DNA from: Catajapyx aquilonaris
Taxonomy: Eukaryota
Assembly: GCA_000934665.2 (NCBI GenBank)
Contig: JYFJ02004452.1
Span: 1-32,029 of the forward strand
Reading direction: 5' to 3'
Length of the DNA: 32,029 nucleotides
Shown: positions 22,743-32,029 of the stretch, one piece after another
Layout of the letters: each line of letters begins with the position of its first letter
How positions within the stretch are numbered: position 1 is the stretch's first letter
Made by a program: the position numbers and the translations under genes
Notes under the pieces: generated by a model
What the model was told of the DNA's origin: nothing
Databases searched by the model: none
The model's input: only the letters and a program-made list of their open reading frames with translations

Positions 22743-24099
22743 AACTACGTGTGCTCCCCTATTCCTCCCATTGTTCAGCCATACAATGTCGCCAAACATT
22801 AATACAGATCGATGAGAATCAATTGACGCTCGTAAATTCATATTGCATTGCGCGGTAACGACGCTGAGCCGGATGAGAAGGAATAAAGCTTGCCAGTAAT
22901 GAAAAGCCCGAAGCTCGCTGTTTGCCTGTCGATACGGGGGTTGAACGCTCCCATTTCAGAAGGCTACAGATTATTTTCACTTTTATGAGTTTCAGAGGTG
23001 GTTTTTACGACGGATCGTTACTCCATTAGAATCAATCTCGGGGGCTGCTGTTGTGTGCTTACGTAATTACCCACCCCCTCTCACCCCCCTAAAAAAAAAA
23101 TCACGCAATGATGAGGATTGAAGAAAATAGGTGGCGGATATTATGGTCGGAAAGGGGGAATTAGTTTTATCTAGGTGACCTTCTTCGCGGGTCGCCGGTC
23201 ACGATTGTTGTTATTAAACAGTCATTAAAATGCTCGTTCGGATTCGTTTATTGCCTGGGCTGCGGTATGCCCTCGATGGTTCGTTGCGATATATTCACAC
23301 AAGAGCGGGGAGGCCTTCCAACTAGCAGCTTCAGAAGCATTTTAATTGCATTCATCTTGACGCAATATGCTCAACCGTGCGGTCATAGCTGGCAATAAAA
23401 CATGGCCAGAACCCTTCCCGCATTCTGACCACAAGCAATAGAGATGATTCGGCGTATTTGGTGCGCGACAGCCCGGGCCATTCAAATCCATGCACGGAAA
23501 TTCGGCACTTTCTCCATCCCCAACCCATAAAGCGTCACGCCATCGGCCCTACGCAACCGAAACGTCGACGACTCCGTACACACAAATTAGCCTCCTTTTA
23601 TTCAATTAAATTCGTCGGCATTGGACTATAGCCATAGCCGTCCGCTAGCAGTCAATCTTTCCATTGCGTGGCTCGCCTTTAAATCATATCTGCCCCGTTG
23701 GCCTCAAGAGTGACATGACAGGGGGCCCGCACTCTTTTTATGCAATCAATGAAAAGTGGGTGGAAACCAACGACTCCTCCACTTTCCGTCTCGAAATGTG
23801 TCGTGACTGGGGGGGTACCGCACACTCGCACAAACCGGGGTTAAAAAGGAACGCACGTGTGAGTCATATACAAAAATGGGGAGCTCTGGAGGCTAAATTG
23901 CCACCTAGGTATCTGTGGGTGTAGGGCCAGGCTGTAATCACTAATCTATCAAAACCGGGAACGGATAAGCATTATAACAAGGGTGATAGTGGGACCACCA
24001 CGCAGAAGGGTCTCTGTCACGAAACCAGACACAATTAAAAACCTATGGGCGCCCATTGGCACGTCAGGTTGACCACTGCTGCTGCATCCCTCCGACCGT

Positions 24100-24520
24100 T
24101 TTGAGGGTGCCCAAAATCAATTAGATGGCAGTGCCAGGGTGTCCTAAAGACGCCGAAGCCGCACATTTCCGACACTTCATGGCTTCTCGATTATGGGCTG
24201 GATAACATTATGGGCGTTGGAGGCCACAAATCACTCGGAAGATGGGGCGAGTGGGGAACAGATGCGGAGGGGTGAACAAAAAGAATATTACCCATCATCC
24301 TGGGGAGAAAAGATGAAAGAAAGGAAGGAAGGGAGCACACCCACGACAAGGCTTGCTTGTTGAGGACCACTATCAGCCAAGCAGCCAGTAGACAATCGAT
24401 AGCATTGCGCTCTGCTTGCAAATCCAACAATGTCATCAATTTTATCCAGCCAGACGGGAGCAGAGGATTGTCAAACGTGTAGGCGTGGCCTGGCGTCATG
24501 TAGCGGCCTAATGTGTAACA
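24100..24520 (+). mobile_element. Degenerate Ty3/gypsy RT-connection/RNase H remnant
   Basis: PKP, IMGW + HYGRWRPQI (~FLGxxNYYxRFIPN), WGTDAE (~WxxExExAF), VINFI (~PIAF), RGLA (~EALA), in the expected order but with broken frames. Confidence 0.4.
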
Positions 24521-27500
24521 AATTTTCAAAATTAATTGACGTATTAATTAGGGCCCTGCTTGTCTTCTGGCTTGCAGTTTTCAACAGCACACTGCCAGTG
24601 TGATGACTTTTGATGCGCAGTCCTGTAGCCTCAACTGAAAACTGTACCTTCGATCCATGCTGCACCACACTTTGTGGTATAGTCGCTTTAAAAACATTTG
24701 TCTGGTTCGAACAAATTATCTGTAAAAAATCGCTGTCATATATCATTCATCGACCGGAGTGTCGAGGTATGTCCTGGTCACATAGCAAAACTGGCCCTAT
24801 GACTATATGCCCGTGAAACCTAATTGGGCACATGCTACAGTATATATGCCAGGTTTTGCTATCTGCCTACGATTTATTATACAGAGTTATCCGTTTGCAA
24901 ATGGGCGAAATGAATATGCTGTCAAAATGAATTGAATCAAGCCACAGAGTGAAACAGTTCTGTACAACGTGGTATAAGACATGGCAGTTTCATATATGCA
25001 CAAGTCACTGGCTGTGAGCATGCCCAGTGCATGGAGTTATGCGGAACTGCACATAGGTCATGTGGAAACTATTGCACCCTCTTTTAATTTTTATCCCTTT
25101 GTAAATGAGGGTCACACTATATACTGTATAATAAACTGCTTTTGATGGGATCACGACTGTACAATAACAACTGTTGTGCCATCATGCAAATGTACGAGTA
25201 ATCTACTTTTGTTCACATAATTATTATTAATATTATTATTCATTTCCAAGTGGACCTGTAGGCCCTTACAGTTGGCGTGCCTCACAACATCATATTTACT
25301 TCAAATTTAATCATCATATTTAAAAATAAGACAACATACGAAAAATATTTAACTAATGATCTGGTTTGACTGAAATTGCATGTCTGGGTTGAACTTCTCA
25401 AAAATAATTCATTTACAGGATATAAAAAAAAAATCAGTAGGTTAGCAGCTGATATAATGTAACCGGTGAATTGTTTACATAAAGTTCCTAAATAATATGT
25501 GTCGATCCCAATGGAAAATTATACAGATCCAGTACTATTTATCGAAAAAAATCACAAGTGTTGACGAAGTTGTGCAAATCAAAATGTTACCCTTAGATTA
25601 CAAGCTAGACAGTAGTATAGACTACTCATCTGGCCTTTGCATCTTGTAGGCGCCAAACCATGTAAACTGGAAAAGGTGACGTGTGTTTAAAAATAATCTT
25701 GTCACCTCTAAAGGAAATTCTAGTACTTAACCTAAATATTGTTAACCATCAAATATGTACACAGGTCTCGTATATCGTTTAGAAGCTTTCTAGCATTCGA
25801 AGTCTCTCCGTATAGTACTATCAACATAACTTTTGAATTAGTGAATTTAGATTCTATCTTTAGGTAGGCATGCATTCCACGACTCCCAAGCGATCCTCAT
25901 AATTCTAAATAAGGTTTCAACCTGACCATAACAATTTGTTTTGTCGTCGGAAAATTCTCCTGAGCGTAGCAATAACATATGTCAACCAAGCATTTAACTG
26001 CCGTTGATTTCATTTTGCAAATCAACATGTTTTTACACGCACTATTTCCAATATCTAATATGCTTAGAAAGTAATAGGTGTGCATAAACACTGTTAAAAT
26101 TCAAGAACATCTGAACCGCCTGTGCTATAATTCACTCCGTTCGTAATTTACAGTACCGGTACACTATGAATTCCTAATCATCATTTATTGACTACCCCTC
26201 ATACTAATCAAAACAGCCTGTAAATGAACTGAGGTTCATCCATCCGAAAAGCGTATTTCTCCCCCTCAGCTTGAATTCTTCACCTAACCCGCCCAGTTTT
26301 AAAGCAGTCCCTCCTCTCTCCAAAAGATACATAGAGCGGACTGCTGCAACGACTGGAATACCTGAGCAGTGTTATACAATATGCAATACCATGCACACTG
26401 CATGAGTGTATGTCAGCAGTGTAGCATAATTTACCATAATGAAATGGGAGGGGAAGCTATAGCTGAAGTCATAAAGTTGCAAGCCTCAGGAGTTGGCTCT
26501 TGCAGCCTGCTGTAAGAAAGATTAATTTCGCGAATTTATGACAGCGTAACCGCAGCGCTTACGAAACAATGGATTCGGTATTTGCAAGCCAAGAAGTTCA
26601 AGCAGACTTTGCGCTCATTCAAATTATCTCCCCTTTTTCGACTAGAAGCAAATGACAGGCGAGAACAGAAGAGGAGAGGGAGGGGGGCTACAAAATTGCA
26701 CTTTTTTGCATTCCGAAAGTCTCGTCACGTTCCTCTGTCATTTTCGTAATTGTTTGCTCTTCCCTTTTCCTGCTCCCTGTGATGCTCCTTGTTTTATTAG
26801 AGATGACACATCAAGTAATTACATCAGGGATCTGTGCAAACGGTGTCTCTCTTTTATTAGGCAAGGATGAGGCTGCAGGGGGCCCAGGCTTCTACTTGGA
26901 AATATAAATCTCCACCAGGTCTGCAGACATGAACGATTGCAAAAATAGAGTCGGCTTCTCCAAGAAAACTTCACCGCATGATAGCTCAGTCTGGGAATCT
27001 GGCTAAAGGGGACGCGCTTTCCTCCCCCTTTGGACAATTGTGGGGGAAGGGGGGGGAGGGGGCAGAAACTCACTCTCTCTCTCTCCCTTTTCTTCTCTAC
27101 TAAGAGAGTGCATTAGGAGATTGCTGCAGACAGTATTTCCCAAATTGGATAATCATGGAAGAGACTCCTTTTGAATAGTCAGACGATTGGAATCGTACAG
27201 AATATTGATGCGCTGGAGCTGCCGATGATTAGCCTCAACGAGGGTATTAGGAGGAAGAAAATTGATCCCTTTTCCTTCCCTCATCCAGCCCCCCCCCTCC
27301 CCCCCACTTTTTTTTAGGGAGGAGGAAAGCTTGTTCGTTGTAACTATATCGGAGTTGTGGCCAAATAACTTGGGAACTGTAGCTGCCTGTACTCTTTTTT
27401 TTAAAACGAGTCTGTTATCCTCCCTGTCAGATCGATGACATCCCAGCCTTTAATGAGATTAAGACTAGTCAAAATCCATGCTGAGCCCAAGCAGGGTTGC

Positions 27501-28139
27501 ATGTACAATCTGGGATGATAGAACATGGGGGGGACCGTACACTGCACGGACGTAAACCAACAAAATATACTTTTTGCAAAGCTTGGGCAATACAGCGGTC
27601 GAAACAGCCATTCGTCTCTGTCGTTAACCGAGAACCAACATGAAACCTCCAATTACACTTGCCTGGGTACATATTCCCACCAAACTCCCAATCATTAAAC
27701 AGGCCGAAGTGTCTATTTAATCGCTACAGGGTGGAGGCCTGTTATTCTATCCTAATATACACCACACGCCTAGACCATCATTCGCAGTAGGCCTCGAGTA
27801 CAGGTCATGCGCTACATCTAAAGAGAGCCATCAGATGGGAATGGCTCACTAGGCCGTTTGCATTATTACTCTGGAACGGCCCCCTCATTATTCCTATGGA
27901 AATCCATTAGGTTCTCTTCAAACAAAGTGGCCTATTAGAACCCTGTACTCGTCGCAACGCAGCGTTTATTACCACTGTCAAGATTAATTTCTCCAACATT
28001 AATACGTGCTTTTGTGCTCAAATACCGTTGGTTTCGCTTACAATAACTTCCTAGCGATCAGCGTATGGTCTGGTGTGCAGTTTTGAACCGGTGCAATTTA
28101 CAGTTCCAGGCATGACATTCCGAGAATTGCAATGAGTTC

Positions 28140-28560
28140 ACGTTGCATGGTGTGGGCGCGTATACTATAGCATGCTATTTGGGGCTTGCAAAATAATGAA
28201 CCATCCCTATTAATACAACCTAATGGCAGATATCTTTGCAGCCAGTACATGCTGGTGGAAGATACTTGGCATTCATCAGAATGATACTCTAATCCACGTC
28301 AAATTCAACACATCTGACCACACAAGTCTGCTGATTTTCTTCTAGGTCAGGGATTGTGTAATGTCGCGTTTAAACTCGCACCACATTTTTAGGCGTATCG
28401 TATACGATTTTCTACAGAATTTGAGGCCTCATCACTGGACGGTGAGCGAATGGAACAGTGTAGCAGTATTGTTGAGGTCTCCATATCCTAGGGTAAATGG
28501 TGGAACATAGTACATATTTATAGCATTGGTGAATACTTCCTGGCAGAACGGCCATGACAC
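28140..28560 (+). mobile_element. Degenerate IS630/Tc1/mariner transposase remnant
   Basis: MVWARI (28147-, ~MVWxxI), HQNDTLIH (28274-, ~QQDxAxxH) and *PHKSADF (28315-, ~WPxxSPDL), in DDE-domain order. Confidence 0.5.
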
Positions 28561-29243
28561 TTTTTTTCATAAATAAGTAATTAAGATGGGGTTAACCGAA
28601 TTAAAACTTTAAACATTTAAGTTGATATTTTAAAGGGGAGATCAAGGCTCTTATTATCGTTCAATCAGTAAAATATGCGAAATAAAGCCACATTCGGACA
28701 GAACTTGGCCAAAATAAAATAATATTCTTTAGATTAAGGGTACGACACTTACTTGGTGATATTATGACATGTAAAAGTGAAGATACCTGCACTTTTGTGC
28801 ACCATTACACACACCAGTTAAGGTAACGTATAAAATGCTTTTTTTCCATTTCACTGTCACGAACGCCAGTGTGTGAGAGAGACTATAAATGTATGATATG
28901 ATGCTCAAAAATTGAGTATGGCCCAGTAATGGTATATGCAGAGAAAGACGGCACTACATGGTTACTCGTGCATTATAAATTTACAACTATAACATGAGCA
29001 CTCCCAAAATAGTGTAAGGTAGCGTAAGTCCTTGACACGCAATTGTCTTTTCATCCTATTAATACTATGAAAGAACGGTATTCTATATTCTTAGAAAGCA
29101 TATGCTTAGAGCACTAATAGGCCTATATCTGCAAATTTTGAAACGAAATTAGGCTATCGTTGCCAAATTTGCCAAAAAAATTGCCAAAAAGTTGCCAAAG
29201 GCTACTACATGCACGTTGGTGATGAGTTACGGGTTCGGACAGG

Positions 29244-29580
29244 TTCATGACAGGATTTTGTGGGTAGGTCAGGTGGTGGTTATTGCGGGAGTGGCTGTTT
29301 ACAAACCAGTTGACTCATCTTTGGATGAAGGTGTGAAGGTTTACGTGATAATGGCAATAATTATTCTTGCAGGTAACATTAATCCTTTGATGGCTTTCTC
29401 TCGCCTTGAGTGTGTTCTGAGTGGATCTGATGATGCTCGGGTTAATGTAAATTGTGTGAGTTAGTTGGGGCAAGAGCTGGTTGGGGTTAATGTGGATAAG
29501 TTTTTTTTTGTTGTATCCAGGACAGTGTTTCCTCGATCAATATACGTACTTGGGAGAATAGGATGTTGGGTCAGAAGTTC
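29244..29580 (+). mobile_element. Degenerate LINE apurinic-type endonuclease remnant, copy 1
   Basis: ORF 29192-29464 has GVAVYKPVDS (~VYRPP) and IIILAGNIN (~IILxGDFN), followed later by YTYLG (~TY). Nucleotide similarity to 30337-30432. Confidence 0.55.
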
Positions 29581-30124
29581 ATGAATGACCTTGTTGAGGT
29601 TGATCATAGACCAAGGTCGAAGGTCGAAGGCACATTGAGAGAGTTCGGTTGGAGGGCGTAGACAGGTTAGGTGTGAATATGTTGGTTAGGACCATTACAA
29701 GCTAGTCTAGATTTCCATTCTTTGTGTTGGTATTTTGGTACTTTGGCATTTTTCGCTCTCTAGCGCTTACGACCTACCTCAAAAATGCCTGCAGTGATGC
29801 CAAAGTTCGTCCCCATTGATGTTGTACATGCTTTTCCATACGTGTTTCTCCTTGACCCTCGTTTGAGACCACAGACAGCTTCATCCCATTGGCTGGCTCC
29901 TGTCACAAAGGAGAGTAGTTGTAGATCTGGAATTATTAGTCCCCATTGCACCTCTAGCTAAACTCTTTTGTCAATGCTACTGAAAATTCTACTTTGGTCA
30001 AGCGAGATTAATAGGAGAACTGCAAGTCATACTAATAGGCTATAATATATTCGGTTCCCTTCCATCGCACGAAACTTAGGTACAGTAATAGCAATAAGAG
30101 GAAATGGGCAGAAGGTTGCGAGAT

Positions 30125-30480
30125 CCATTTAGCAACTTGAAATGTTAGACGACTCCAAAGTGAGGAGGACATACCTTAGAGAGCCTTTGTTGATTCTCTA
30201 TTTTTGTGTCTGTCTGAGACATGGTTATACTGGTTGTAATTTTGGTGGATTTACAGGTTTCTAGTATGAGATAGAAGAAAGGCGATGGTACTGTACACTT
30301 ATTAGCTCTAGGTTGGTGCATTGCTTGGGACAGGATAGTGACAGGATTTTGGGGCTAAGTAAAATGGTGTTAGAACTAAGTTTGCTGGGGAAGTGGCTGT
30401 TTATGAACTAGTTGACTCCTATTTGGATTAGAAGAGTTTTGCTTCTGATTATTTACAACATGATAATGATAGGGTTATTG
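30125..30480 (+). mobile_element. Degenerate LINE apurinic-type endonuclease remnant, copy 2 (ORF2 start)
   Basis: AT*NVRRL (30132-, ~TWNVRGL), CLSETWL (30207-30227, classic APE motif) and DR, then a segment similar to 29244-29335. Confidence 0.65.
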
Positions 30481-30597
30481 TATTTTTAACACTTGCCTAG
30501 TACTGTAAAAAAAACAGGTTTTTCCTGGGGAGTAATCAAGATGGTCTGCCTCGGATAACTGTCGTAATTTGGCACACCTTAACATACTCAAAAACTG

Positions 30598-31996
30598 TCA
30601 TCGCTGCTCAGATCCTGCTTGCCCATGATCCTGCGTGTAGGGCAGTGCACCTTCTAAGCTCATGAAGAAGGCTCCTGTAATAAATGGAGATACACTAGTA
30701 ATATAATTATGTTGCCATATGAAACCAGTGTCATATGAATATGGACATCGTAGTGAGTTTACTGCTTGCAACTGCAGCCTGATAAACACCAGGGAGGAAG
30801 CCACAGGGGACACATGAGTGAGGTAAAACTAGGAGTAATATGTTATCACCTGAAACTCAGTCAGTACAGTTTATGAGATGATTTCAGATGTCATTCCTTA
30901 ATGTTGTATAGCCACATTAACTAATGCCACTCATTCCTATTGCTGCTCTCCAGAACATTGTTCTAAGGCAGTGTTTTTCCCACAACTTTTGACCGCAATC
31001 CAGTAATTGTCTTTTGTCCTCAGAAGAATGTTGTCATTGTCCAATAAAACTCCACAAAAATAATTAAATGTTCTAAATATACAACTAAAGAAATCATTTT
31101 GATCATTACCAGAAGCCTCTTCATCACATTCATCTTCTGAGGATGAATGCACAAATGGAGGCAAAAAAGATGTATGAATTGAACTTCAATCTGTTCAATC
31201 TCTGGTATGCAGCACTGTTACTACACCTCACATATTTGTAGGATGACAAGCTCTGCTTCAGCTGCTTTGGACTAACTTGCTTTGTGTGAGGGGAAACTGA
31301 TCCTGGCTATCTTTCAAAGATTTTGCCCTACTCATATGCACAAGCATTGTAATGACAGTCTTCATCACTTTTGCAAGGAGAGTAATACTGTTGTATGTGC
31401 ACTCCATGTAATCAGGTAAGCCTGTTCATGGCTGTCCCAGCCACTTGCACAAGCCTCCACCAAACTGTGACTCATTCACATGTACTGATAAAACTGATTA
31501 TTGGCCCTGTTTTCTGGCAGGCTTGCAGACTGAGGGAGATGACTAGCACAACTATTAACTTACCACTAATTGTTGCAATTTGGTCAACATCCCTGGAAAT
31601 TCCCACTGCAGTGCAACGTAAACTCACCTGTTGTGGACTGCTCATCTTGGTCAAAGCAGCCTGACTCGCAGGAAATCAACGTGAAGCAACAGCTGCGTCC
31701 CAGTCCATGTCCGACGGTTACTGGTGGGCACACTGCCTCCTGCGAAGTCCTGGACAGGCGACAGTAAGATTCTCCGACCCCTGAGATTTCTCAATGACAG
31801 GGCCAGCACAACAGCTCCTCGTCCTTACTGCTCCTCCCAGCATCAGTCGGGTTTTTTCGGTTCTGACGATGATGTGAGCTACTGTCACACCTCACACGAC
31901 GATGCACGACTGACCACCACCACCACCTGCTTGTCCTTTTCCAGTAGTCCGGACGCGGAAAGTGCGAGATGCTGGGACGATTGTCTCTTCCTCCAT
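30598..31996 (-). pseudogene. Putative decayed, intron-containing HECT-domain (G2E3-like) gene
   Basis: AAACATGG start (ATG 31996-31994), donor CAG|GTGAGT at 31628/31627, acceptors TTTCAG| at 30850/30849 and TTTATTACAG| at ~30675. Weak ordered motifs: V-T-F-G-G, YE*GKI, ALEQ/FW, VPCGF, SLEGALPYTQDHGQA. CpG-rich 5' end and CpG-poor body. Multiple stops. Confidence 0.35.
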
Positions 31997-32029
31997 GTTT
32001 GATAATAACCGCCACGTGTGAATTGGGGG

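Noticed and set aside
22900..22920. miR-993/miR-10-like words (GAAGCTCG; also CCCTGTAGAT near 21821)
   Set aside because: Only 8-10-nt matches, with no precursor hairpin or full mature sequence.
29760..29951. LLSFVTGAS HECT-like motif in a minus-strand ORF
   Set aside because: Isolated short match that overlaps a plus-strand LINE relic and lacks the rest of the C-lobe; probably chance.
1..32029. CRISPR array, operon or other prokaryotic system
   Set aside because: No regularly spaced repeats and no long ORFs; the content is eukaryotic TE-rich non-coding DNA.

Overview
This is eukaryotic (animal) non-coding DNA, probably a large intron or intergenic region. An arthropod-type genome is likely, inferred only from the SINE and Helitron styles. 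There is no intact protein-coding gene, operon, rRNA, true tRNA or CRISPR array; all listed ORFs are 137 aa or shorter, and most look spurious or are TE debris. Well-supported content: two copies of a tRNA-headed SINE with target-site duplications (875-1226 minus, 17497-17819 plus), a second tRNA-derived SINE (~8992-9185), a complete non-autonomous Helitron (11260-11587 minus), two MITE-like TIR elements, several long palindromes, and a dispersed repeat whose first copy is split by an insertion. Less certain content, recognised by eye from broken motifs only: fossils of L1/Tx1-, R2/NeSL-, RTE- and CR1/Jockey-like LINEs, Ty3/gypsy pol and Tc1/mariner transposases. The most gene-like object is a decayed, apparently spliced, HECT-like locus on the minus strand (~30600-32000) with a CpG-rich 5' end and an almost CpG-free body. 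I cannot support a claim of a new biological system. The best leads are that locus, the hairpin cluster at 19305-19498 and the 58-bp hairpin at 14785-14918. No database searches were run.
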